A stretch of DNA of 61,741 nt from an uncultured archaeon (lineage in GTDB: Archaea > Asgardarchaeota > Lokiarchaeia > Sigyniarchaeales > SOKP01). Below are positions 37,921-48,221 of this stretch, in pieces (within the stretch, counting starts at the first letter, position 1; each line of letters starts with the position of its first letter). The notes beneath the pieces were generated by a model. That model worked only from the letters and a program-made list of their open reading frames with translations, was not told the DNA's origin and made no database searches. The stretch is from positions 1 through 61,741 of the forward strand of contig CAZWEM010000012.1 of the NCBI GenBank assembly GCA_964632315.1. Reading direction: 5' to 3'. The translations under genes were made by a program, and so were the position numbers.

Positions 37921-40917
37921 TTATTGGTAAACATAAAGGATGGTTTCTGGAGATGCATAAATTAATTCAGAATTGACATAAAGAGTCCACTTTGCATAGA
38001 CAATGATGTTTCCCACCGAAGAGCTTATGAAGCCATTTAGAGTTAATCCTTCCCCAAAATTGAGATCTCTATTGACTAATGTATAATTGTAAGCTCTGAA
38101 TAAATTGCCACCATCTAAAAAGGAATAAGTCGAATTTTTAAGAGGGTAGAGATAATCAGGGACGATTATAGTGAAGTTTGCGTTATGCTCTTCATTAGTA
38201 TAAAGTGTCAAGTTAACTCTAATGCTTAAAGGAGCAGCAGTATAGTTCAAATCTGTGTTCTGAAGGCTCATTTTAAATTTCGCGGGATTATTTGGAAGAT
38301 GTATAGTGGATTCTAAATCAAAATTGTATGATAGCGACAGATTGGAAGTAGGAATTATAGTTGTAATATTGAGGTTGTTATATGCTTCTTGAGCATTAGC
38401 CCCATAACCCACTTTTCTCGTGAAAGCTTCAACAAATCCAGCTAATTTTAACTGTTGGAGGGCTCCCGAAGTACTATAAGTCGGTATGTAATAGTAAAGT
38501 GATTTTGCCAAGGGATATAACAGGAGATTCCCATTCCTTGCACCGGCAATTAATGATATTTGTTGAGTTGCCTCAGAATTATATGTTTCATTTGCACTTC
38601 TCGGTCCAATAAAATTTAGATCAGAATAACGTGTCGAATAAAAGATAACTTGTCCTAAGTGATCTCCATGTCTAACCATATACATTCCGGCTAATAGGGT
38701 AGCGGCACGGCCCTTATATTCCACAAGATCAAGTCCAACATATTCAATACCTTGACCCAAATCAGATTCTATATAATAAATATCACTACTACTACTCGGA
38801 GTCTCCTGAAAATCAACTTCACTTTTCCAATCTGTTGGATTATTGACATGGTATATGTAATTTGCATTAAGCTGTTGTTTATATAAAGCTTCAGGATACC
38901 TCATTTGTGCTTTTAACCAATCAGGTGCATCATGCCATTGATAGACATTGTTTGAAAGATATATTTTCCAGAGAGGATAGGTGGGATCGGATGCAGTATT
39001 TAATTTTGGGTTTTGATAGAAATTCAAATCTCCATTAATCACATCCACAAGGCATACACCTAAGAATCTTAATATGGGATATTGTGCGTAAGATCCAACA
39101 TTTACAGAAGTATAAAGAGAAACAGCATAATATAGCTTTCCTTCTTTAATATTAAATACTAAATAGCAATCAGGATCGATTTGTATTTGTGGAAGCAAGA
39201 TACTGCTTACTCTATTTTTGACATTCCGGTTTACTAAAAAATTATTGAGAGGACCCGTGGCGTATGCGATCAGTCCTAAATTAATTTTTTTCCAAAAACT
39301 TTCTAATCCCATTAAAGTTCCATCGGGTTGGGATGTATATTTATATTTATAATTAGTTTGATTCGTCCATTCAGTCCCAAGTAAGATATCAGAATCATAG
39401 GCTCCAGTCATTCCTGCCTGGGGACTAGTTCCAATTGTTTGCAAATATTTCGTACTTTCGCTTTCACCAAAGAAAATTGGATAACTTTCAGAGATATTGA
39501 ATGCTTGAGTAATGTTAATAAGATTACCAGAGTATGTATCCATCGCTAAAAATCCTTCGACATGATCAAAAAGCTCTGTGCTTCTTTGTACGGGATCAGT
39601 AATCTGAGTGAAGCGAATTGTTTTTGGTGCTACCCAATATTCTTTACCATTAATATATACTATATCAGAATCAGCTAATCCTTCATATGTTGTTCCTATT
39701 GATGCTGCTAAGTATTGCACTGTAAAATCTTGATCAAATTGCCTAATCTGAGAAATCATGAGTGCATCCGATGAAGTTGTAGATTGTGTAAAATTCTCAA
39801 TTGGGCGAGTTTCAAAAGCATTTAGACCTGCACAATCTGTCGTCCAATCAACTTCCCTTTTAAATTTTTTCGTCCATTCCTGTTGTATCCATACCGAGTT
39901 GTTATTGATGTTAATCGCGGGGGCGATGCTGATTAACAGCGGAATTATTAAGATAATAATAATTAAAAAAGTTACGTATCCATATTTTTTTAGTGAACCA
40001 CGTATTAACGAATATCTTGATGGATCTCGCCTGTAGGAGAGTCTTGAAGTGAAATAGACTATCAATCCTAATACATTGAAACTGATAAAACCGAGGAGTA
40101 CTGACCAGATCTGAATTAAACCGATACCGTCTAGAGATTGTGTTGGCATGTTGAAAAACCATAGTCCAAAAACTAAGCCAATAATGAAAAAGACATTACT
40201 TAGGACATAATAATCGTTTTTTCGTAAGTATGTATTCTTGATAATGTTTAGAATCGTCCGAAAAATTAAAATGATAAAGATAAAGGAAATTATCGGCAAT
40301 ATAAGATTCGAGTAAATAAAAATCGTTATGTAATCTCTGCTAAAAGAACTAAAAAGTACATTAAAAGCATCAAAGATAATTGTTCCAGAAATATTTAATT
40401 GTCCACTCTCAACTAAGTAAGCTGCCCATGAAAATGAATTCCCATTGATATTAAGTAAAAATCCACAAAGATAAAATATAAAAAACCCGATTGTCCACCA
40501 AAAAATTAGGCTTTTGAGATAAGAAGGTTTTCCAAATCTCAATCGGGTTCCTAGTGCTGTAAGTAATGTTCTATCAGGAGGGATGCTCATTATGATGCTC
40601 CCAATTAATCCTCCTATTAGTGCAACCTTATTAAAGAAAAAATTAGGAGCCCAAAAATTTAAGAAGTAAATACTTGTAAAACTTGAACCTACTTTATTCG
40701 CATAAAGTTGTTGCTGGAGTGAGATATCTGCAAACCAAGACGGCCACCACCAAAATACAGTTAATAATATTATAATTGATCCAATTATCAGTAAAGCTAA
40801 AAAGTATTTTCTTCTTTGAGGTTTTTTTCTAAAAGGATTATATTGAAAGCGTCCAGAGTCAGAAATACGATCAAAATTACGATTATTTAAATTGTTCAAA
40901 ATCCGTATGATAATCAC
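37921..40917 (-). CDS. UPF0182-family membrane protein
   Basis: N-terminal TM bundle followed by IRQFD, YPIFFGE, RNVKNRV, DPDCYLV, MRYPEALY and GNLLLYP-type motifs. Confidence 0.7.
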   Translation of the reverse strand: MIIIRILNNLNNRNFDRISDSGRFQYNPFRKKPQRRKYFLALLIIGSIIILLTVFWWWPSWFADISLQQQLYANKVGSSFTSIYFLNFWAPNFFFNKVALIGGLIGSIIMSIPPDRTLLTALGTRLRFGKPSYLKSLIFWWTIGFFIFYLCGFLLNINGNSFSWAAYLVESGQLNISGTIIFDAFNVLFSSFSRDYITIFIYSNLILPIISFIFIILIFRTILNIIKNTYLRKNDYYVLSNVFFIIGLVFGLWFFNMPTQSLDGIGLIQIWSVLLGFISFNVLGLIVYFTSRLSYRRDPSRYSLIRGSLKKYGYVTFLIIIILIIPLLISIAPAININNNSVWIQQEWTKKFKREVDWTTDCAGLNAFETRPIENFTQSTTSSDALMISQIRQFDQDFTVQYLAASIGTTYEGLADSDIVYINGKEYWVAPKTIRFTQITDPVQRSTELFDHVEGFLAMDTYSGNLINITQAFNISESYPIFFGESESTKYLQTIGTSPQAGMTGAYDSDILLGTEWTNQTNYKYKYTSQPDGTLMGLESFWKKINLGLIAYATGPLNNFLVNRNVKNRVSSILLPQIQIDPDCYLVFNIKEGKLYYAVSLYTSVNVGSYAQYPILRFLGVCLVDVINGDLNFYQNPKLNTASDPTYPLWKIYLSNNVYQWHDAPDWLKAQMRYPEALYKQQLNANYIYHVNNPTDWKSEVDFQETPSSSSDIYYIESDLGQGIEYVGLDLVEYKGRAATLLAGMYMVRHGDHLGQVIFYSTRYSDLNFIGPRSANETYNSEATQQISLIAGARNGNLLLYPLAKSLYYYIPTYSTSGALQQLKLAGFVEAFTRKVGYGANAQEAYNNLNITTIIPTSNLSLSYNFDLESTIHLPNNPAKFKMSLQNTDLNYTAAPLSIRVNLTLYTNEEHNANFTIIVPDYLYPLKNSTYSFLDGGNLFRAYNYTLVNRDLNFGEGLTLNGFISSSVGNIIVYAKWTLYVNSELIYASPETILYVYQ

Positions 40918-41040
40918 TTGTTTGTATATTTTGCTTAAAATTAAAAAGATAAATTTCTTTTAGTTTTTAAAAGAAATTGCTTTAATATAAAAGATACTTA
41001 CGAATATTAAGAAGTTTTCCCGAAAAATAAGTGAAGTGTC

Positions 41041-41436
41041 ATGGTGAAAAAAAAGAAGATCCGGGAAGAATTTGAAAGAGTTTTTAAGAGTGGAAACGAG
41101 AAAGAGATAAAGAAAATGCTTGAAAAAAACTCTTGGTTACTTGATGAAATGACTTCCGAAATGGATGAAAAAATGGGAATTCAAGACCAAGTAATAGCGG
41201 CATTAGGTGTCATGGAAGATGAATTAGCAAGATCCGTTCCTATTGATGAGATTTCTTTTTGTTTAAAGGTGGATTTCAACATAAGTGAATCTGACGAAAA
41301 TATACGCGATGTTCTATTTAATGTTGAAAAATTAGGATTAGTAAAAAAAGATGCAAATGGTTGGCGATTGACTGCTGATGGAGGGAAAATTTGTGATAGT
41401 TTCCTTAATAAACTTCTGAGTAAGACCGAAATATAG
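41041..41436 (+). CDS. hypothetical protein with C-terminal winged helix
   Basis: VEKLGLVKKDANGWRLTADGG wing motif. Confidence 0.65.
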   Translation: MVKKKKIREEFERVFKSGNEKEIKKMLEKNSWLLDEMTSEMDEKMGIQDQVIAALGVMEDELARSVPIDEISFCLKVDFNISESDENIRDVLFNVEKLGLVKKDANGWRLTADGGKICDSFLNKLLSKTEI

Positions 41437-41526
41437 GAGTGTTCTTGAGTATTTTTGCTTGAAGTGTGAAGAAGAAAGTTAATTAATTTTTACCTTACAA
41501 TCTTTCTAAGTTTTATTAATCATTAG

Positions 41527-44500
41527 ATGATCATTATGAATGACAGAAATGGTGAAGAAAACCCTGATGATTTTGATCCCACTAAGGAAGCATTTTTTTC
41601 TGATATGAGTGAAATAGAAGATGAAATTGCTTCCGAAGCCTATCAAATTGTTGAGCATGCTTTATCACTTGTTCAATCTGAATATTTTGATGATGCAATT
41701 GAATTTTTAAGACAAGCTATAGGACTTTATCAACAAATTGATAGGAAGGCAGAAGTAAAGGCTTTATTCAATAAAATTTCAGATGTTCATATCATGAAAG
41801 AAAATGCGTTCATTGAACAAGAAAAAGAATCTGAATTAAGTAAAAAAACTGAAGAAGATGTCTTATTAGCAGATAATTCGGATATCGAGATAAAGAAAGA
41901 TGAGAGAATTACAGAAATAAAATCAAATTTAATTCCTATAAATGAAATCGGAAAAAACATCCAGGATAATAGCAAGATCGGGAGCGAGGAAGAATCCATC
42001 AAAACTGGGGAATTAGAAAGAAATAAAGAACTACAAGAACGAGAATTAAGAGGGCAAATTGAAAAAAGAATTGAGAATGCAGAAAAATTAGGGCGTGAGT
42101 ATGAATTTGAGTTCAAAAAAGCTATAAAAGAGGGAAAGCTTGATATTCCCTCGAAATATCCGGAGATTCTTGACATTTATTCTGAAGCACGAAATACTGC
42201 TTTGGATATGGGATGGAATGAGGAGGCAATGATTTATTCTACCCAAATAAGAAAATTTAAGGAGTTATTTGAAAGGGAAAAACAAGTTAGAATATTAGAA
42301 GGGGAAAAAGCTCAAAAAGATAAAGAGTTCGAAGAGTTATTAAAAACAAAACAATCTGAAAAACTAATTAAATATAACGATGAGAAAATTGAAATATCTT
42401 CACAAGAGTTGAATTTAGAAAAAGAAGAGCAAAGATTAAGAGAACAAATAGAAAAGGTCATCCAAAATGCGGAAAAAATGGGAAGAGAATATGAAATTGA
42501 GTTTAAAAAAGCTATAAAAAAAGGGAATCTTGACATCAACTCCAAATATCCAAAAATAATTGAGATTTATTCTGAAGCAAGAGAAACTGCTTTAAGTAAG
42601 GGATGGAAAAATGAAGCAAAAATTTATTCTACCCATATTAGAAAATATAAAGAATTACTTGACAGGGAAAATCAAATTCGAGAAATAGAAGCTAAAAAAG
42701 CGCAGAAAGATAAAGAATTTGAGGAAATGTTAAAAATTAGGGAAAAAGAGTCATTAACAGAGATAAAAGAAAGTAAGATTAAAACAAAGTCTGAGCAAGT
42801 CTCCAAAGAGCAAGTAGATCAAAAATTAAGGTCAGAAATTGATGCATTAGTTAAAAAAGCTGAAAAAATGGGAAGAGAATATGAAATTGAGTTTAAAAAA
42901 GCAGTAAAGAAAGGAAATCTCGATGTACCCTCAAAATATACAGAAGTCATTGAACTTTATACAGAAGCAAGAAACATAGCATTAGATAAAGGTTGGGAAA
43001 ATGATGTAAAAATATATTCGACCCAAATTAGAAAATATAGCGAACTGCAAGAGAAAGAAGAGAAAGTTAGATTGATTGAAAAGAAAAAAGTTGAAGAACA
43101 GAAGCAATTCGAAGAGCTGCAAAAAATAAGAAAAAAAGACTTTCTAAAGAACATTGAAGAAGAAACACAAATTGAAGAGGACACACAAGTATTAAGAGTT
43201 AAAATTGAAGAGATGATTAAAAAAGCGGAAAAAATGGGAAGAGAATATGAAATTGAGTTTAAAAGAGCTATAAAAGAAGGAAACCTTGATATTCCCTCGA
43301 AGTATCCCGAAATAATTGATATTTATACTGAAGCAAGAGATATTGCAGTCAACCGAGGATGGGAAAATGACGCAATGATATATTCTTCTCAAATAAGAAA
43401 GTTTAAAGAGTTGTTTGATAATAAAAATAAAATTAGAGAATTTGAAAAGAAGAAACAAGAAGATAAAATCGAATTTGAAAAAGCACGGAAAATACAAATA
43501 GGTCAAACATCTAAAGAGAGTGAAAATGAAGCCATCAGGGAACAAGTAAAAGTAGAGGGCAAAGAAATCCAGCAAATAAGAGAGACAATTACCAGGAAAA
43601 TCAATGATGCAGAAAAAATTGCTCGAGAATATGATATTGAATTTAAAAAAGCCATTAAGGAAGGAAATCTTAGTATCACGTCCAAATATCCAGAGATTAT
43701 TTATATCTATACTGAAGCAAGAGATATTGCTGTCAATCAAGGATGGAATGATGAAGCTTTGATTTATTCTAGCCAAATAAGAAAGTATAATGAATTGATG
43801 GAAAAAGAAAACGAAATAAAGAATTTCGAGGTGAAAAAAAGACAGCAGGACAAAGAATTTGAAGAAATGATGAAACTGAAGATTGATGAAAGTGACACAG
43901 AGATTGAAAAAATGAAAAAAATTGATGAGGTAAGTAAAAGACAAGTCCAAGAAAAACAATTTGAAGAACTTATAGACAAGATTGTGGATAAAGCTGAAAA
44001 AAAAGCTCGTTCGTACGAGCTGGCAATAAAAAGGGGTCAGTTTGAAAAAAAGTGCCCATATTTAGAGATTAGCGATAAGTATCAGGATTTATACAAGCAA
44101 TTATGTCAAAGAGGATGGGTAGATGAGGCAGAAGTATATTCAAATCAAATGAAACTTTACAGAGAAAAATTCGAAAAAGATTTGCAACTTCGAAAACATG
44201 AATTAGAAAAGTTGAAGAAGCAAAAAGAATTTGAAGAGTCACTTAAAGTAAAAAACGAAATAGGTTCAGATATTGCAAAATTAAAAAATTTAGAAAAAGA
44301 ATCCGAATCAGAATTGCTATTCAATAAAGCTATGGAACTTATTACCGAAGCAGAGAGTGCAGTAAGAAGTTATGAATTAAGTATTAAGAAAGAAATACTC
44401 CAAATTGAGAGTCCTTATGATGAAGCAATCTCAAAATATCTAAAAGCGCAAAAATTATTTAAGGAGATAGGATGGGGTGCTGAAGCTAATAGATTAGTAA

Positions 44501-46254
44501 CAACTATTAATTTCTACAAAGATAAAAAAAGAAAAGATGAGAATTTAAGAGAATTAGAAAAACAAAAAAGAATAAGTAGGAAAAAAGAAGTAGAAAAAAA
44601 ACCAAAAGAAACGGAATTTGAAGAATTAAAAGTTTTAGAATTAGAGAAATTAAAAGCAAAAAAAGAAAAAGCAGCGGATTTAATTTTTAAGATAATTCAA
44701 GACGCTGAAAATCAATCTAAAGCATATGAGCAACAACTAAAGAAGGGGATATTAAATACAGAATGCCCATATGAAGAAATTATTTCAAATTATCGAAAGG
44801 CTAAGTTAGAATTTGAAAAAATAGGGTGGAAGGAGCAAGCAAATCAAATAGAGAACTCAATTAGCTATTATCAAGAAAAGCTACTGAATGATGAGAAATT
44901 AAGAACTTATGAAAGAGAAAAACAAAGCAGAGAAGAAATGATGCTCCAAAAGAAAAAAGTCCAAGCAAGAATGGCAAGAGAGGCGGAAGCAGAATTATTA
45001 AAACAAAAAGCTCAAGCACTTGAAGTAAAAAAGCAAAGAACGATAGACTACGAAACCAAGAAAGAACAAGCGTTTTCCCTTATGGATCAAGCTAAAAGAG
45101 AAATTAAATTAAACAATTTTGAAAGTGCAATCAAATTATACAAAGAAAGTGAAACATTTTTTCAAAAGATAAATTGGTCTGACGGTATAAAAATGGTTAC
45201 AGAAGCAATTGATTTAATAAAGAAAAAACAAGAGTCTATTGAATATGAAGCAAAATTATTAAAGGAAAAAGCAGAGGAAGAAAGAAGAACACAAAAAGCA
45301 TTAGAAATTGAGATTAATAAAGCTGAAGAATTAAAGAAAATGCAGGAAGAACAAAGACGTCAGGAATTTCTTGAGATTCAGAAGCAAAAAGAACAAGAAA
45401 GATTAATTTCAGAAGAAGCTTATGATTTATTAGAACAAGGAACAGATTTAAAAGATAAAAAGAAATTTGATAAGGCTTATGAAAAATATATTAAAGCACG
45501 TGATCTTTTTAATAAAATTGATTGGAATCATGAAGTGAGTAGAATTAACAATGACTTGCTCTTTATTTTGAAGAAAGAAATGAAACAAGAAGAAAAAATC
45601 AAAGAAATGCAAAAGAAAAAAAGAGACGAAGAGAAAGAACTGGAATCTTTGCTTCTTGAAGCAGAAATGAGAAGAATTGAACTAGAGAAAAGTAAGAAAG
45701 AAGAAAAAAGATTAAAACGCGAGAAAGTCGTTCAAGAGGAATGGGACCGTGCTAATTCAATGATAAAAGAATTGAAATATAATGAAGCGATCCTCATTCT
45801 TAAAAAGGTATTAAAGAAATTAGAAAAAATGGGAAAGGAGAAATTAATCAAACAAGTAAACAATCAATTTGAAACACTCCAAAATGCAAGTCATATTCCT
45901 CTGATTACTTTAATCAATTTAGAGAATGAGGGAAATTTGGAAAAATTTAAAGCTGCTTATAAAGCACTTGACAATGCTCAGATCTCCCTCTTTAATGAGC
46001 TTAATATGAGAGCGATATCAGAGTTAAAAGAGGCAAAGTTTAATCTTGAAAAGACATTAATCGGATCAAATTTTATCCCCTTAATTGAAGATAAGATAAT
46101 CTCATTAAAGGGTGAAATTACTCCTGAAACTGAACCCTCAAAAGAAGTTGAGTTTAAGCCTAAAAAACAATGGAAAGAGGATGATTTAAGAAGGCAAATC
46201 GCAGAAAGACGAGCTCAGAGAAGAAAAAAAATTCAAGATTTACTAAAAGAATAA
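41527..46254 (+). CDS. large E/K-rich helical repeat protein (TPR/MIT-like units with charged linkers)
   Basis: Eight ~120-130 aa repeats starting near 42079, 42469, 42859, 43225, 43609, 43993, 44350 and 44704 (AEKxGREYExEFKKAxKxGxL...YxEA...GW...A..Y..QI). Confidence 0.8.
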   Translation: MIIMNDRNGEENPDDFDPTKEAFFSDMSEIEDEIASEAYQIVEHALSLVQSEYFDDAIEFLRQAIGLYQQIDRKAEVKALFNKISDVHIMKENAFIEQEKESELSKKTEEDVLLADNSDIEIKKDERITEIKSNLIPINEIGKNIQDNSKIGSEEESIKTGELERNKELQERELRGQIEKRIENAEKLGREYEFEFKKAIKEGKLDIPSKYPEILDIYSEARNTALDMGWNEEAMIYSTQIRKFKELFEREKQVRILEGEKAQKDKEFEELLKTKQSEKLIKYNDEKIEISSQELNLEKEEQRLREQIEKVIQNAEKMGREYEIEFKKAIKKGNLDINSKYPKIIEIYSEARETALSKGWKNEAKIYSTHIRKYKELLDRENQIREIEAKKAQKDKEFEEMLKIREKESLTEIKESKIKTKSEQVSKEQVDQKLRSEIDALVKKAEKMGREYEIEFKKAVKKGNLDVPSKYTEVIELYTEARNIALDKGWENDVKIYSTQIRKYSELQEKEEKVRLIEKKKVEEQKQFEELQKIRKKDFLKNIEEETQIEEDTQVLRVKIEEMIKKAEKMGREYEIEFKRAIKEGNLDIPSKYPEIIDIYTEARDIAVNRGWENDAMIYSSQIRKFKELFDNKNKIREFEKKKQEDKIEFEKARKIQIGQTSKESENEAIREQVKVEGKEIQQIRETITRKINDAEKIAREYDIEFKKAIKEGNLSITSKYPEIIYIYTEARDIAVNQGWNDEALIYSSQIRKYNELMEKENEIKNFEVKKRQQDKEFEEMMKLKIDESDTEIEKMKKIDEVSKRQVQEKQFEELIDKIVDKAEKKARSYELAIKRGQFEKKCPYLEISDKYQDLYKQLCQRGWVDEAEVYSNQMKLYREKFEKDLQLRKHELEKLKKQKEFEESLKVKNEIGSDIAKLKNLEKESESELLFNKAMELITEAESAVRSYELSIKKEILQIESPYDEAISKYLKAQKLFKEIGWGAEANRLVTTINFYKDKKRKDENLRELEKQKRISRKKEVEKKPKETEFEELKVLELEKLKAKKEKAADLIFKIIQDAENQSKAYEQQLKKGILNTECPYEEIISNYRKAKLEFEKIGWKEQANQIENSISYYQEKLLNDEKLRTYEREKQSREEMMLQKKKVQARMAREAEAELLKQKAQALEVKKQRTIDYETKKEQAFSLMDQAKREIKLNNFESAIKLYKESETFFQKINWSDGIKMVTEAIDLIKKKQESIEYEAKLLKEKAEEERRTQKALEIEINKAEELKKMQEEQRRQEFLEIQKQKEQERLISEEAYDLLEQGTDLKDKKKFDKAYEKYIKARDLFNKIDWNHEVSRINNDLLFILKKEMKQEEKIKEMQKKKRDEEKELESLLLEAEMRRIELEKSKKEEKRLKREKVVQEEWDRANSMIKELKYNEAILILKKVLKKLEKMGKEKLIKQVNNQFETLQNASHIPLITLINLENEGNLEKFKAAYKALDNAQISLFNELNMRAISELKEAKFNLEKTLIGSNFIPLIEDKIISLKGEITPETEPSKEVEFKPKKQWKEDDLRRQIAERRAQRRKKIQDLLKE

Positions 46255-46270
46255 AAAAAATATAGAATGA

Positions 46271-46480
46271 TTAGAATATTTCTGGCATCTCGCTTTCAAA
46301 ATCTCTTTCTAAATACGAAAGATTTCTTTTAACTGATTCTTCAATGAGATATTCAGTTTTAATCAAATCTCTAATGCCAACTCGAATAGCTTCTGACCGA
46401 TTTGGGAACTTTCCTTCGGCAACTAATATCTCTAGTACCTTTAAATAAGATTCTGGAAGATTTACTGATATTAATTTCAT
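46271..46480 (-). CDS. ribbon-helix-helix (CopG/CdrS-like) transcription regulator
   Basis: MKLISVNLP...LVAEGKFPNRSEAIRVGIRDL. Confidence 0.85.
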   Translation of the reverse strand: MKLISVNLPESYLKVLEILVAEGKFPNRSEAIRVGIRDLIKTEYLIEESVKRNLSYLERDFESEMPEIF

Positions 46481-46780
46481 TTTTTAACACTTAAACAGTA
46501 TTTATTTTTAAAATAGTTTCTTTAATATATCCATTATACTATCGAGGTGATATTTAAGCTTTTCAATAGAAATAGGCCCTCAGAAATCCGACAATAACAT
46601 CAAATGGATGATAAGCATTAAACAAATATCAATCAAAATCGAAAAAAGGAACTAAAGATGATTTTTCACAGCAAAATTAAATTACATATTAAAAATTTAA
46701 TGGGTAAATATTTATTAGCTACACTATATGTAACCGTAACATATAATGCAAAAAAATGATTTAGAATAAAGAGGAAAAAT

Positions 46781-47104
46781 ATGTCTAATATACAAGTTCA
46801 GTTAAAGGAACATTTGAAAAGTGGAAAGGATTGGGAAAAAATGGAGACTCCTGTAGAAGGTGTATACGTTGTAAAAGTACCCGCTACAAAAACGAGACCT
46901 GCTTTACTATTCCTAGAAGTAAATCCTCTAAAAGATGATGGAAAACCGATGAAACGCAAGGGGTTATTCATTGGGTCTTATGAAATGCTAGTAAAGTTTG
47001 GAGAAGCTTTAAATGATGATAAAGTGTTTCAATTAATAAAAGAATTAGAACAAGTGAACCCAGAAATATCTGAGAATGGTGCTACCAAAAAGCTAAAAAT
47101 GTAG
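46781..47104 (+). CDS. hypothetical protein
   Basis: ORF with GAGG SD; globular composition. Confidence 0.75.
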   Translation: MSNIQVQLKEHLKSGKDWEKMETPVEGVYVVKVPATKTRPALLFLEVNPLKDDGKPMKRKGLFIGSYEMLVKFGEALNDDKVFQLIKELEQVNPEISENGATKKLKM

Positions 47105-47193
47105 AATTTACTCATAATAATTTTGTTTAAGAGTAAATTTAAATTTTAATAGTTTTAATTTTAATTATAGAATATATTTTATGAGGTTTAAAA

Positions 47194-47469
47194 ATGGATT
47201 TTGATGGAAAACATTGTAACCAGTGTGGAGGAGATAAGTTTCGAATAGTTCATGATGAATGGATGAGTAGAACATTTCGATTTGTCGAAAAAGGTCAGTT
47301 AAAGCTTTGTGAGGGCTGCGGTTCCAAATTCCTTCTATGCCAACAGTGTGGAGGTCTTTTTACAAGAGTACATCCTGCCTTAGAGGCCTGGGAGGTTAAC
47401 CAAAAATGTCCTGTTTGTGGATATGAAGATCCTGAAGTGAAAGCTTGGGATGGAGTCTCAGCAAGGTAA
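47194..47469 (+). CDS. small multi-zinc-ribbon protein
   Basis: Four CxxC pairs: CNQC, CEGC, CQQC, CPVC. Confidence 0.75.
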   Translation: MDFDGKHCNQCGGDKFRIVHDEWMSRTFRFVEKGQLKLCEGCGSKFLLCQQCGGLFTRVHPALEAWEVNQKCPVCGYEDPEVKAWDGVSAR

Positions 47470-47730
47470 AAAGGAAGTCTTATTATATATTTCTATTAGA
47501 AAATTATATTTTCTAGAGATTAGTAAATCAATTTTAACCAGACTAAGATAAATAATTAAACAAATTAATGTATTTGGAAAAAGCAGAATTTACTTAAATT
47601 TTAATAGAAAAAAAGATTTGCTTCAACATATCGTACATAAATTTTATTATAAATACGTGAAGAAGATTTATATTTTGGATGAATATTAAATATTTTAATA
47701 ATAAAATAAGATAATCACATTGAAAATATC

Positions 47731-48192
47731 ATGAACAATATAAGAATCGAAATAGCAACTCCAGAAGTAATTGATTCTTTAGAAGATTTAACTCGAGAGT
47801 TAGTGGAGGGATTGGGTCAGAAGTTCGATTTAAAAAGGTTTGAATGGGGAATCCAAAGGAGATTATATGATCCATTACAACGGCATGGTATTTTAATCGC
47901 CGTAGACGAAGATAAAGAAAATTTAGTTGTAGGGATGATTATTGCAGAGTTGAGAATTGATCCCTTTGGTAGCTCTGAAGGTTATATAAAACAAGTATTT
48001 CTAAAGAAAAATTATAGAGGACTTGGCATTGGAGAATTATTAGTTAGAAAAGCGATTGAGCACTTAAAGAAAATAAAAGTAGAAAAAATTAAAGTTAATA
48101 TCAAGGAGAAAGCAAAAGAAGCGACAAACCTATATTCAAAAATGAAATTCAAGAAAGTTTATGAAGTACTAGAATTAGATCTTACAAAATAA
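47731..48192 (+). CDS. GNAT-family N-acetyltransferase
   Basis: VFLKKNYRGLGIG acetyl-CoA motif A; ATNLYSKMKF. Confidence 0.85.
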   Translation: MNNIRIEIATPEVIDSLEDLTRELVEGLGQKFDLKRFEWGIQRRLYDPLQRHGILIAVDEDKENLVVGMIIAELRIDPFGSSEGYIKQVFLKKNYRGLGIGELLVRKAIEHLKKIKVEKIKVNIKEKAKEATNLYSKMKFKKVYEVLELDLTK

Positions 48193-48221
48193 TAATTTTT
48201 ATCATCCTTATTGATGAGAGT

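Noticed and set aside
42060-43900. DNA-level direct repeats as a mobile element or array
   Set aside because: They are in-frame coding repeats of the 1575-aa protein.
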